A stretch of 64,000 nt of DNA from Histomonas meleagridis 2922-C6/04-290x (GCA_020184695.1 JAANOX010000237.1:62001-126000); one strand, 5' to 3'; positions 1 to 11,321 are shown, numbered from the stretch's first letter. Program-made: numbers and translations. Notes: a model not told the origin generated them from the letters alone.

Positions 1-303
1 TGTATTTTGAACAAATGTATCAAAATTTCCTCCGAAATCATTTAATTTTTTGTTTAAATTATCAATTTTGTCAATTTGGTCCTTGAGAGTTTTAGAAAAC
101 ATCAAAGAAAATTTTGTAATTTCATCTCTAAGCTCATCGTACATATTTGAAATTGCCTTTTGATATGAATCGAGATTATTTCGTGGATTTTGTGTGAATT
201 TTTTTTCCATATTATTTCCCTCATTTTTTATTTTGTTCTCTATATTGTTTAAAGATTGAAAACAGGCTTCAATCTTATTTTCATTTGTTGTCGATTTTTT
301 CAT
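1..303 (-). CDS. 5' part of a coiled-coil-like hypothetical protein, runs off the window start
   Basis: Manual translation from ATG at 303: MKKSTTNENKIEACFQSL...NDFGGNFDTFVQNT, open to base 1. Confidence 0.55.
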   Translation of the reverse strand, partial: MKKSTTNENKIEACFQSLNNIENKIKNEGNNMEKKFTQNPRNNLDSYQKAISNMYDELRDEITKFSLMFSKTLKDQIDKIDNLNKKLNDFGGNFDTFVQNT

Positions 304-892
304 ATGATAACAATTCAAATAAAAATTTTATGTAAAGGTTAACAATGAATTTTATTGTGCTTTTAGGTAAAATTATATTTGTTACAGAAAAGCATTAAGT
401 TGCTGTTTGGAAGCAGTTTACTTCAGTTTCTTTGTGTTAAAAGGTTAAAAGTCGTTCGACAAAAATATTGCAACACCAACTATTAAGTCAAAAGTTCAAT
501 TAGAGGTAACATATAATAACTTAAAAAATATTAAAAATTATTAATACTGCAAAATGATTTATAATAATTAACTTCACAACAAATATTAAATAATTTTTAA
601 AATTACTTTACAATTATTAATATTGATATGTAAAGATTTTTTGTTCTTCGAAGAAAAATTAATTCTTACTCAAAAATAGAGCATAAAATTGAAAATTTTA
701 ACAATAAAATTAAAAAAATTAAAAGAATAAAATATGATATTTGATTATTTTTTGTAAAAAAATATTAATAACCATTATTTTGTCATGAAATTATTTTGCA
801 ATGAAAATATTTTTGTCACTGTATTTTTTGTAACATTTGATAGCAAATGAAAAAAGAAAATGTGTAATAACATTCATGCGGTGTATCTATAA

Positions 893-2794
893 ATGTTATG
901 GCAATTAATTAAATTTCGTATCACATGTCACAAACATATCCAAATTCTGAATTTACAATTCAGCTGCGAGCATTCCCAAGAAATACCACCATACTTTATA
1001 CAGATTGCACAAGTGGAACCATGTGGTGCTTATAATGTCGCAGTGCTAAAAAATGACTCACAGAAAATAGCAACTTATTGCATTTTTTCAAATGATATAG
1101 AATCCAAGACAGCCTTTATTAACAAGGCATTACCAATAGGCCAATTTGTTGATGTTGATCTAAAATTTATTGATCCATTGACATCAGTATCAAGACTTTT
1201 GATAAATCCAAAATATAAAGAAGCTATGATTGGTTTACCAATAATACCAAACACAGATGTTTTCTTCAATTTTCACGGAAGAATAATTTCACGCCATATT
1301 AATTCGATAGAAACTGGATTTGTTTCAAGTTCAACAATTTTTTCTAAATATGACAAAATAAAAATAGATGAAATCACCAGTTTACCAACAAGTCCACACA
1401 TTTCCAATAGAATAATTCGTATGGCTAAAAATCGTTCAATTATTTCATCAAAAGAAATATTAATTGTTGGGGGAAATGGCTCTGGAAAAAGCCACTTAGT
1501 CAAATATATGGAGCATCATGTTGAGGGGTGCATGCGTCTCGATCTTCTTCGAATGATATCTGATTATGAAACAGGCAAAAGCGAATATATCGATTCAATT
1601 CTATCAATGGAAGATGGGATCCTTCTCATAGATGACATATGTATCCTCTCTAAACAAGGCGCTGTTTATCTTTCTGATAAACTTTCAACTCTTGCTGATA
1701 AACCAGTACTTGTCATTGCAACATCTAGAGTTCCTCCATATTCACTACCGTATGTCATACAACCATTTTTCCAAACTTCTCTTCATATCAATGCATTAAC
1801 ACATAATGAAAGAAGGAGCATAATTAACGAACTTTGTGCCAACATGGACCTTTCCAATGAAAACATTGATTTCATTGTCAAAGAAACATCTGGAGTCACA
1901 CAAGGAGAACTACGAAGTCTTTGTCAACTTGTTCCTTCTATCGTTCCATTTGAAAATCAGAAATTTATTTCTATCGTCAAAACCATAGCAACCTCCGAGA
2001 AACCGTTAATGCTTCGTCACACCTCAATTGCTCAGAAAATCGGCGGTTATAAAAGTGTCGTTGATGAAATAAGACTATTTTTAAACATAACTTTAGGTAA
2101 TGATTCATCTGCTCAATCAATGCTTCAATATAGTGGAATTCTACTTCATGGGCCATCAGGAAATGGAAAATCATTAATCATAAGATCACTTTGCGAAGAA
2201 TTTGAAGTGCCTTTTTTTATCCTTGAGTTTGACAAAATCTTTTCACGATACCTAGGCGACAGTGAGAAGTCTATACGCGATGCCTTTACTGCTGCGCGAT
2301 TCTTTTCACCATGCGCAATTGTAATCGAAGATATTGATGCAATTGGGGCCAAAAGAAATGATGAAAGCGCTGTCGGAGGAAGGGTTTTATCGACGCTATT
2401 AAACGAAATTGATGGAATTACAAAACATGATCGAGTATTAATGATCGCTACTACAAATGCACCTGATTTAATTGATTCGGCATTAATTAGAGTCGGAAGG
2501 TTCGACAAATTAATTGAGGTTGGTAATCCAACAAAAGAAGATCGAATCTGCATGTTCAAATTGTTCATGGAAAAAACTCCAGTATCGAAAGATGTGTCTT
2601 GCGAAATGCTTGCCGACATGACTGAGGGTTATACATGTGCTGAAGTCAATTCGTTTTTCAGATTTTCAGCTTTGCAGGCATTACAAAAAGATGAACAAGA
2701 AGTATCGTTAGAATACTTCAAAAAAGGTAAAGAAAGAGTTAGCGAGAGAAAGAGAGCAACAGAAAAATTTTCAAATAAAAATAATTGGTTGTGA
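893..2794 (+). CDS. Type II AAA+ ATPase (CDC48/AFG2-SPATA5-like) with degenerate D1 and intact D2
   Basis: Walker A GGNGSGKS and GPSGNGKS, Walker B IVIEDID, SRH ATTNAPDLIDSALIRVGRFD. Confidence 0.85.
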   Translation: MLWQLIKFRITCHKHIQILNLQFSCEHSQEIPPYFIQIAQVEPCGAYNVAVLKNDSQKIATYCIFSNDIESKTAFINKALPIGQFVDVDLKFIDPLTSVSRLLINPKYKEAMIGLPIIPNTDVFFNFHGRIISRHINSIETGFVSSSTIFSKYDKIKIDEITSLPTSPHISNRIIRMAKNRSIISSKEILIVGGNGSGKSHLVKYMEHHVEGCMRLDLLRMISDYETGKSEYIDSILSMEDGILLIDDICILSKQGAVYLSDKLSTLADKPVLVIATSRVPPYSLPYVIQPFFQTSLHINALTHNERRSIINELCANMDLSNENIDFIVKETSGVTQGELRSLCQLVPSIVPFENQKFISIVKTIATSEKPLMLRHTSIAQKIGGYKSVVDEIRLFLNITLGNDSSAQSMLQYSGILLHGPSGNGKSLIIRSLCEEFEVPFFILEFDKIFSRYLGDSEKSIRDAFTAARFFSPCAIVIEDIDAIGAKRNDESAVGGRVLSTLLNEIDGITKHDRVLMIATTNAPDLIDSALIRVGRFDKLIEVGNPTKEDRICMFKLFMEKTPVSKDVSCEMLADMTEGYTCAEVNSFFRFSALQALQKDEQEVSLEYFKKGKERVSERKRATEKFSNKNNWL

Positions 2795-2811
2795 TTTATC
2801 TTATTATATAA

Positions 2812-3097
2812 ATGGCTTTTGAATTGCTGTTTGGATTTTCGGATTTTTTGTAACAAGTTTGGTGACACTCAGCTACAGCAACAAATCGTTTTTTCCAGCC
2901 CAAGTGCAACAACAAAATTTGTTGAAACCATTAAAAGGATACACGCCAGGGGGTTTGATTTAAGTTATAATGTTAGTGATGATATAATTACATCAAACAA
3001 TCCTAAAAAGTTTTTGTTCAATTCAATAAACCGAAAATTTCATGTTCATGATCATGAACTCAATTTCCCATGTGTATTCGAAATTGGCTTGGAATAA
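2812..3097 (+). CDS. Possible small hypothetical protein with a 1-nt frameshift in a T-run
   Basis: ATG at 2812 joins the 2819-3097 frame if one T of the T6 run near 2845 is removed. Confidence 0.25.
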
Positions 3098-3487
3098 CAA
3101 TAAATTTAGTAAATCTCTAGTCTCTCTATGGTTGATCTGTTTTTAAAAAAATCTTATCTCATATTAAGGAAGTTATATAAAATAATCATTTTTATAAATT
3201 TTTATTAAATTTTTGTTTGAATTCTGTTTTAAATTTATAAAAAAAAATATATATCTAACCAACCATTTTTTTACATACATTGAGTTACCTAATTTAACAT
3301 CTAACCAAGTGTTTTACTATATATGTTTAATTATTACAACAGAAGAAAACAAAAGTGCATAAACATTTTTTATTGGTCTTCAAAGAATTTTTGTGTAAAA
3401 AATCGGTTTCAATTAATTTTTCATTAGTATATTATTTTTTTTGGTGGCAAATAAATTAAAAATATCTGAAAATCTTTTCACATATAA

Positions 3488-5371
3488 ATGCAAACAGATA
3501 TTGTTAACACATACACAGGGGACTTGAGTTCTTATGTTAGTAAGAAGTTAATCAGAGAAAATGTTAATCCGAATACCCCTCGTTATGATTTTAGAAATGC
3601 CAACAAAATGCATTGTCAGCAAGTCGCTTTATCCCTTGTTGAACAAATAAGCAAAGGAGAGGCCGATCCCAATTTTCGCATGATTGATACAGATGGTGAA
3701 TCGATTTCAGTAATTGATTGGGCATGTAAACAAAGAAACAGCGAACTTGTTTACACTCTTTTACAAAAAGGCTCCAAAATTTCATACGAAACATTTCAAA
3801 TTGCACAAAGAAACAATGATTTAAGCACACTTAGCGTTCTTTCACCTTATGTTGAAAGTGTCTGTAATGACCTTTACCATTCACACGTATATCAGGCATA
3901 TGATTTAGGTCTTATCTATTACAAGACCGAAAAAATTTATAGTTTTGCATTTAACACTGGTCAGGCGAATTTTATTGTTCTTCGTCGTGGAACCAAAGGT
4001 GTTATTATTGATTGTGGTGAAAGTTTTCATTCACATTTAACAAGCACATTCAAAGAAGTTAATAATCATTATTTAAATGGTGCTGCTGAATGTGATAAAC
4101 TTATTACAGTTTATAATGAATTTAAGAAATGTCCAGGCAAAGTCATGAAGCCATTTAGTACAAAATGGCGCGCGGAACCTCCTGATACATTCAAGCGTGT
4201 ATACCATTTATGTAGAACTTGCTTCAAAAGTAAAGAAGTTGGTGATTTCTTCTTAGAGATTAAAGATAAAGAACTAAAAGATGAAGAATTCATCATTGAC
4301 CATATTATACAAACCAAAAATAAATTTATTTCTGCTGAACGTCAACGTCAAAAACATGTACTCAATTGTCTTTTTACAAATGATTTCGAAGTTGAAGCTG
4401 TATTCATCACACACTCACATACTGATCATTTCTCTCTTCTCAGTGAACTTCTTAAATTTTTCCCAAATAACTTCATGAAAACTATGTATTACTTTGGAGG
4501 ATGTGAAGAGAATTGGAGTGGAGATGTGTCAACTCTTCTTAGAAAGAAAATGAAATGTAATGATCGTATCGAATTTGTTGGTCGTGAATATCAATCTCGT
4601 GAACTTATTCTTCTTGGTGATATACGATTCAAGTTATGGGGAAGAAGTCGTCCTGAAAAGCTTCAAAATGAGAACCAAAATCAAAATACCCTTGTGATCA
4701 CTATGTTTTATAAAGATGTTAAAGTCTTATTCACAGGTGATGCTGAAGGTAATGTTTTATCGCGTCTGAACATTGATATTCCTATACTTGATAATAATCT
4801 TGCACACAAAGATGATTTTGAAAACTTGTTATGTTTTATAGCAAATAATGTAAAAACTATTCGAAACAGGAAATTAAAAGAAAACGTTTTAAATTTAGCT
4901 GAAGAATATCTTAAAAAATTTGCTATATCGAAATCGATTAATTCGAAAGATCTTAAAATATATCGAAATTATATTAATGAAATGTTAAGTTTGGAACACT
5001 CTCTTCTCGTATTTGAGCCTCACCATGGATCAATGACTGAAGATTCTCATGAAATTTATATGTACCTCGCTGCACAGCAAAAGATGCAAGTGTTTGTAAT
5101 CTGTAGTTTCCCTTCAGCGCCCGAATTCTTACCAAAAGAAGAATCAATTTTAGGAAGAGAAAATATATATATGGAAAAAACTATTAATCATCCAATAACA
5201 TATGCAATAAGAGATATCCCGACATTAGGAATGACAACTGACCCTGTATATACAACGGGAGCTGCTGGCGATGATGTGGTGTTGATGAGCATTTCTGGAA
5301 AACAAATCGAAATCTTGAACTTATTTGATCAATATCCAAAATGGGAAACGTTTCCGAAGTCAAAAAGATAA
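3488..5371 (+). CDS. Metallo-beta-lactamase-fold hydrolase (ComEC/Rec2-like motifs) with an N-terminal ankyrin-like segment
   Basis: IIDCGE, ITHSHTDH (HxHxDH), LFTGDAE, PHHGS; N-terminal VIDWACKQRNSELVYTLLQKG. Confidence 0.75.
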   Translation: MQTDIVNTYTGDLSSYVSKKLIRENVNPNTPRYDFRNANKMHCQQVALSLVEQISKGEADPNFRMIDTDGESISVIDWACKQRNSELVYTLLQKGSKISYETFQIAQRNNDLSTLSVLSPYVESVCNDLYHSHVYQAYDLGLIYYKTEKIYSFAFNTGQANFIVLRRGTKGVIIDCGESFHSHLTSTFKEVNNHYLNGAAECDKLITVYNEFKKCPGKVMKPFSTKWRAEPPDTFKRVYHLCRTCFKSKEVGDFFLEIKDKELKDEEFIIDHIIQTKNKFISAERQRQKHVLNCLFTNDFEVEAVFITHSHTDHFSLLSELLKFFPNNFMKTMYYFGGCEENWSGDVSTLLRKKMKCNDRIEFVGREYQSRELILLGDIRFKLWGRSRPEKLQNENQNQNTLVITMFYKDVKVLFTGDAEGNVLSRLNIDIPILDNNLAHKDDFENLLCFIANNVKTIRNRKLKENVLNLAEEYLKKFAISKSINSKDLKIYRNYINEMLSLEHSLLVFEPHHGSMTEDSHEIYMYLAAQQKMQVFVICSFPSAPEFLPKEESILGRENIYMEKTINHPITYAIRDIPTLGMTTDPVYTTGAAGDDVVLMSISGKQIEILNLFDQYPKWETFPKSKR

Positions 5372-5478
5372 TTTTTTGTCATTTAAACACAAATATATAA
5401 GTTGAAAAAGCGAGAGCGCATTTTATTGATAAACAATGTAATACAAGAATTGTTACATAAACATTAGTAAATATATCC

Positions 5479-5790
5479 TTAATGTATGTCTTTGCAACAA
5501 AATAGCTTCCGAAAAAAACTTGGGTCATTTTTATGGTCAAGCATTGTTGTTGAAATTGTTGGGTTATTACATGTATTTGGATAGGCAGTTAATTCTGGAT
5601 CAATACTATGGTCGATGATTTGATCTTCATTTATGTGGAATGAAGAAGGCTGCGGAATATTATCGATTTTAACTATTGGAAAACTTGCAAGGCATGAATC
5701 ATATTCAGATGGTTGGCTAACAATCATTTTCCCTTCTGTTAAGGAATGATTAGGCAAACTGCTTTCGGATGACGAATCTCCTTCATCCAT
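5479..5790 (-). CDS. Small hypothetical protein ending in a basic/di-Cys motif (FRKLFCC)
   Basis: 103-aa ATG ORF in an intergenic gap; no recognisable domain. Confidence 0.4.
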   Translation of the reverse strand: MDEGDSSSESSLPNHSLTEGKMIVSQPSEYDSCLASFPIVKIDNIPQPSSFHINEDQIIDHSIDPELTAYPNTCNNPTISTTMLDHKNDPSFFRKLFCCKDIH

Positions 5791-6384
5791 AATAATTTCG
5801 ATTTTTTTTTACAATCCACATAATATTTGAATACTTAATCGGCCATTGACAAATTGACTGTGGTTACGGTGCCATGGCAAAATAAACAGAGGAAAATTCG
5901 ACATGAGAACAATTTACAAATAAAGTACTCCTTGGTCTCAGCTGAACTATTTTTGTTTTACAAAATACATGAAAATAAATACGAAAAAAGGAAAGATTTG
6001 GTCAAATCTTTTACTTACAGATTTATATAAGAAGCAGTATTTAAATCTTAGTGTTTTAAGATATTTAAAATTAAAGAAATTATTTAATTAAATGATAATT
6101 TTAATAAAGATATTATTATTTGGTCAAACAAAAATTTTCAATCGGAAACAACTTTTTGAATCGATATAAAGTATACAATATTGCGTTGGCAAAGCTTTCG
6201 TTTGATCCACCCTAAAAAAATGGGGTTAATATTGGTATTGCAAACATGATGCATGTGAAGAGAACAAAAAGCCGATTTATTAAATTGATACCTACAAAGT
6301 GTGATGAGTTCATTTATTTTTTAGAAATAATGAATTTTAGTTAATTTGTAATGTATTACTTCTAAATACTCATAGTGAAATTAA

Positions 6385-8593
6385 GTGGATTATTTAAAAG
6401 TGTCCTGTAAAAAATGCCGATTTAAATCCACAGTTTCCCTTATTGATTTTAATTATATATACTCTTTCAATTTAGAACTATGTCGCTTAGTTTACTATGC
6501 TTTCGTATCGAATAACAAGAAGTTTGATCATTATCTTTCTTTTATGACATTAGTTGAAAAGAAAGAAGAAGAAATCACTACGAAAAAGCAAAAAATAATA
6601 ACAATTTTCACCAAATTTCTAATGGGGTTAAAAACACAAGAATCCTTTTTTCTTCTTTATAAAACTTATGATCCGAATTCAGATGATTTTATTAATCTCA
6701 AAAAGCAATCTTTGATATTTGGACATTGTTTATCTAAAAAAACTTGCATACTATGAAAAATGAGTCTTTTTATGATAACTTTATGGAAAACATTGATGAA
6801 CTTTCAAAAGATGATTGGAAACTTCATAAACAATTAATTAAAGAAGGAGTTAATCCAAATGAAATTGCAAAAATAATTCGAAATGATGAAATCGAAAAAC
6901 TTCAAGAAATATCATCACAAGCAAATTTCGATTTTGATCAAATAATTAAACCATCACTTTATGAAAGATGCTCATTTGTTAATCAAGAAGATATTTCATT
7001 AATTGATTATGCAGCATTTTTTGGATCAGTAAAATGTTTCAAATATTTACTTATGAATGATGCTAATATAGAAAACACAGGCAAATATGCAGTTGCAGGT
7101 GGAAACTTAGAAATCATTCATATATGCGAAAAAAATCATTCGTCATTTAAAGGTGCATATAAAGCAGCAATTGAATTTCATCGAAATGATATCTTTAAAT
7201 ATCTTTACGAAGAGAAAATTGAAGGACATATCCCATTTAATTTGGTTGGTGATTGTATTGTTTATAGTAATTATGATATTTTACAAATCTTATTTAAGAA
7301 AATTATATATATTGAACCAATTAAACTGACAGTTAGTACAGGAAATCTTTTTCTTACAGAGTATTTTCTTCAAGAAAATCAAAGTAATTTGAAAAAAGAT
7401 TATTTATTTTCAGCAATCAAATCTGGAAATTATGAACTTGTAAATTATCTAATTGATAAATATAAATTTGATATTAATTTTCCAAGTATTTATAGAACAA
7501 ATACAAAGTTTCGTAATATTATTTAAAGTTTGTTTTTGGTTTATGGAACTCCAATTATAATTGCAGTCGAAGAAGGTTTTACTGAAATTATTAAAATTCT
7601 TCTTAAACAAAAAGGAATCGATCTTTATGTTAAAAATAAATTTTATATCAAATGTTTTTTGTTTTCATAAAATTTTTGGGGTTTATTTGTCATATTTAAA
7701 TCATTATTTGAAATTGCATGTGATAAAAGTAAAAGTGAAATTGTTAAATTATTTTTAGAAAGTAAAAACTTTGATATTAACCATAAAAATGTTTATATTT
7801 ATTACATAGATTTTGTTTTAAAATTTTGATGTTTTAAAGTAATGTTTGGAATATAATTTATATCCGTGAAACAAATCTTATGCATATAGCTGAAAAAGGT
7901 TATACAAATATTTTTAAACTTCTTATTGAGAATGGAGTTGATATTAATGCTAAAGATATTTAATAATATAATTTAACATTTTCTTTATAGTTTTTGGGTT
8001 TCTTAAAAATTTATGGAATTTTTTAATAATATTCGATACAGCATTACAATATGCATCTCTTTATAATAGCATTGATATTGTTAAAATACTCCTCGAACAA
8101 AAAGGAATTGATATTAATAATAAAGATGTTAATACATATTGTTTAAAATATGTTTTAATAATTTTATATTTAAAAATAATATTTGGAATATATTTAAATT
8201 ATGTAGAACAGCTCTAATTGATGCATCACGTCATGGTAACATTGAAATAGTTAAATTACTTCTTGAACAAGAAGGTATTGATCTAAATGCCAAAAATATT
8301 TGTTTTGTCTCATATAGTGTTTATTTTAATAATTTGATATTTTATGAAAATATTTGGAGTTTATTCACATAATTTCGAACAGCGCTTATTGTGGCTTCTA
8401 AATACAAGTACAAAGAAATAGTCGAATTACTTCTTATGCAAAAAGGAATTGATATCGATGCTAAAGATGTTATTTAATTTTATTTAATATTTATTTTAAT
8501 AATATAAAATTTCAATACTGTACTTGGAATTGATTTAAATTATTTAAAACGGCACTTATGTATGCAAACAAAAAAAATGTGATACTTAATTAA
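6385..8593 (+). CDS. DUF3447-type ankyrin-repeat gene (locus 1), split by 17-nt spacers; 1-nt frameshift near 6735-6742; 5' end uncertain
   Basis: ORF 6744-7526 has NPNEIAKIIRNDEIEKLQ...LIDYAAFFGSVKCFKYLL; seven further ankyrin segments follow to TAA 8591-8593 once spacers are removed. Confidence 0.8.
7488..8545 (+). other. Seven clusters of 17-nt intervening spacers with single-codon micro-exons (26 spacers)
   Basis: Clusters 7488-7544, 7641-7697, 7791-7867, 7958-8034, 8128-8204, 8298-8375, 8469-8545; retained loops S-K-K-G-T, N-K-F-G-K, N-R-D-G-E, D-N-W-G-D, D-K-Y-G-R, N-S-D-G-R, D-N-K-G-K. Confidence 0.9.
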
Positions 8594-8844
8594 TGAAAAG
8601 TTACAAAACTAAAATTCATCACTAAAATCTCAAATAACTATTCAAAGAGATGAATGTTAATAAATAAATTTTTTTTATTTTACTATTTATATGAATTTTT
8701 TTTTGCAATAGAATTAATTAATTTTCAACATAATCAGCTATACTTTGACAATTTTTGAATGATCTTTACCAAAAAGTAACAAACAAAAGATAAACTTTTT
8801 GAATTACATCCTATCGTACTAAGATGACTTCACCTCAAAATTTA

Positions 8845-9693
8845 TTAAATTAGGAAAGTCATGAATGCCATTACGAATGCAACAATAGCATAAGATTTCA
8901 TATTACCAATTTTAATTCCATCACTACTTGAGCCAGGATTCACGTCAAATAATTTATTTCCGACCGTATAGTTAATATTTTTTGGAATTCCACTCAAGTC
9001 AAGATATTCCTTATTTTCATCAGTAATGCGAATATCCAATTTAAAGTTTTGTACATTTTCCCAATTACCGACAAAATCAAATCCAAGTGTCGCATTTCTT
9101 TGGTAATGATTTTGATCAAAGAATCTAAAATCAAAGTATTTTGGAGATATTTGATGCGTGTACAAAGTTCCATATTCTTCTAAATACAATATCAATGACT
9201 TTGGCTGTGTTACACCATCTTGAAGATTCATCACAATTTTAGTTGGTGAATATACATATGGATTAAACATAAGTTGGACATCGTTTGGTAATAAGAAGTC
9301 ATCCCCATTCGTTTCATGTACAGTAATGGAATTATTTCCATTAAAGGTGATGTTATTAGAAGTTGATGTGTATATTCTATTTGTTGCATTGATTTGTGCA
9401 TTATTCAAATGATTTGCATTCGATGTGATGAAATTATTTGCACTAAATCCGCCTTTTATATTGGACGTGGAATAAAGCGGTGAAACATATGTGTTAAATT
9501 TAAGATGATTTTCAAAGATAGCATCATAACTCATCATAATAAAAGGTACGGATTCTGATACATCGCTATTACTTGATTTAAAGGTAATAGTCATATGTAG
9601 TCCACCCATCAAAGTCCCAAAATCTAAATTTACATGTGATAGTCCACTAAGATCAACAGTGAATTGAGAGAGTGCTGACAAGAGATTGCCCAC
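8845..9693 (-). CDS. Putative surface protein with hydrophobic C-terminus; 5' end unresolved
   Basis: 282-aa ORF ending SSSDGIKIGNMKSYAIVAFVMAFMTFLI; begins at GTG with no in-frame ATG before the upstream stop. Confidence 0.55.
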   Translation of the reverse strand: MGNLLSALSQFTVDLSGLSHVNLDFGTLMGGLHMTITFKSSNSDVSESVPFIMMSYDAIFENHLKFNTYVSPLYSTSNIKGGFSANNFITSNANHLNNAQINATNRIYTSTSNNITFNGNNSITVHETNGDDFLLPNDVQLMFNPYVYSPTKIVMNLQDGVTQPKSLILYLEEYGTLYTHQISPKYFDFRFFDQNHYQRNATLGFDFVGNWENVQNFKLDIRITDENKEYLDLSGIPKNINYTVGNKLFDVNPGSSSDGIKIGNMKSYAIVAFVMAFMTFLI

Positions 9694-10358
9694 TGTACTG
9701 GGACTAAAATAATTTGATAATAAAATTTATTTTGATTGCTTATTCAAAATTGAATTATGCATAAAAAATTGTAAGATTACTTTTGAAAGTAATTCAATAG
9801 TTTATTCTCGAAGATTTTTGGGTTGAGTAAACTCTTTAAAAAGTCAAAACAAATCATCGAATCATAGGGTTTTCATTTATAAATAAAGAGCTTGGTATGC
9901 TGTATTAATGGTCTAATGCTTTGGGATGAGCCTCCTAATAAGAGCTTTCAGCGAACAACAAATTTTGGAGGTGTATGGTATTCCAAAAAAAATTAATATT
10001 TTAATAAAGTATCTTTCGAACTGAGAATAAAGCGTTTTTACCATGTGCTCTCCTTCATTGCTTTAAGGGTATGTCAATGTGCTACAGTCCATGCAATGCA
10101 TATGCAGCATCCACTCTTGGAGTACTCCAAACAAAATAAACTGGTAGTAAAAAATAAGTAGCACTTTTCGATCGGTTATAATCACGTTCAAAAAATGAAA
10201 CCGATATCACCGTTAACTATTGAAATAAGGTCAATTCACCATACGATAAGTCTATCGTGTTTACAACATCACAATTTATTAAAACGATAGCATTCAAAAT
10301 AAACGTTCTCATAAGTCAAATTTTATTTTTTTAATAAATTTTTACATGAAAGAAATTC

Positions 10359-11321
10359 TTAGCGAAGGTGCTCGATAATTGAAATCACCTGTTGCTTTTC
10401 TTCTTCAAATTCTGGGTCTGAGTCATCCAATGCGAGATCTTTCAAAAACTTCACTAATCTTGTTTTATTTTTCTTGAGTGCAGATATAACGCTTTGAGAT
10501 CTCCTTGGGTTAAGAACGAACAATTTGAACAAGGTATATGCCCTGTATTGAACTTTCTTTGAGGTTGATTTCAACAACATCATTATTAATTGAAGATTCT
10601 CTATGTCATCTAAGTACATAAAGAAGAGGCTTCTGCACGGATCGGATGTGATAAATGTTGAAAGAATTGGCAAAAAATTGAGTTGGACAAGATAATTCGG
10701 AGATGAAAGAAGTTGCTTAAATTGGATTGAAAATATCTCCCAATTATTCATCATATATTCAGCGGCACTATCCTGATAAGTATTTAAAAGAGCATCATAA
10801 GTTGTAAAAGCTGTAGATAATTTATCAAAATTATCACCTGAAAGATATTGTATAAATGACCCAACAAATCCACATTCATATAAATAAATAGCAAAAGGAC
10901 GATGCTTTAAGCATGTTCGAATTAGAATATGCGCTGTATTTGCAACAGGTTGATCAAAATAACTGACAAGTTTATCAAAACATGCTTTGTTATTCATAAG
11001 AAAAGTTGGAAGTGATGAATCAGGAAATTCTCTTATTGTTGTTTGAAGTAATGTTGATATAGCATTAAGGATTTGTTGGTCAAAGAAAGGCATTAGACGA
11101 ATTAACAAATCCACAGTATCATCACGGTAAATCTTATTATTAACTACTTCTGTTAAATTTTCACTTTGAAATTCTTCTTTAATCATTGAATCATTAATTC
11201 CATTAATCAAATTCAAGATTTCTTTTGAATGTTTTTGATTTGGTTGGTGTTCAAATTCAACTAATGCCTTATGGAGCTTTTTTGGAAGCCCTTTTCGTTT
11301 AGATTTGGCGAAGATCGACAT
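10359..11321 (-). CDS. MO25: MO25/CAB39-like scaffold protein
   Basis: FSIQFKQLLSSPNYLVQLNFL...LQLIMMLLKSTSKKVQYRAYTLFKLFVLNPRRSQSVISALKKNK; probable ATG at 11321. Confidence 0.85.
   Translation of the reverse strand: MSIFAKSKRKGLPKKLHKALVEFEHQPNQKHSKEILNLINGINDSMIKEEFQSENLTEVVNNKIYRDDTVDLLIRLMPFFDQQILNAISTLLQTTIREFPDSSLPTFLMNNKACFDKLVSYFDQPVANTAHILIRTCLKHRPFAIYLYECGFVGSFIQYLSGDNFDKLSTAFTTYDALLNTYQDSAAEYMMNNWEIFSIQFKQLLSSPNYLVQLNFLPILSTFITSDPCRSLFFMYLDDIENLQLIMMLLKSTSKKVQYRAYTLFKLFVLNPRRSQSVISALKKNKTRLVKFLKDLALDDSDPEFEEEKQQVISIIEHLR

Noticed and set aside
6300-6385. Possible additional spacer cluster upstream of locus 1
   Set aside because: The parse is ambiguous, puts a stop in a slot and has no clear flanking ankyrin exons.
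7488-8545. Treating each 77-nt insert as one ordinary intron
   Set aside because: No GT-AG or branch site, and whole removal would delete the conserved x-x-G loop that the 17/3 parse recovers.
9704-9780. 77-nt GT-AG segment that would link ATG 9857 to the 8845-9693 ORF
   Set aside because: Lacks GTATGT and ACTAAC, does not parse into RTTT...TTT 17-mers, and yields no signal peptide; the length match is probably coincidence.
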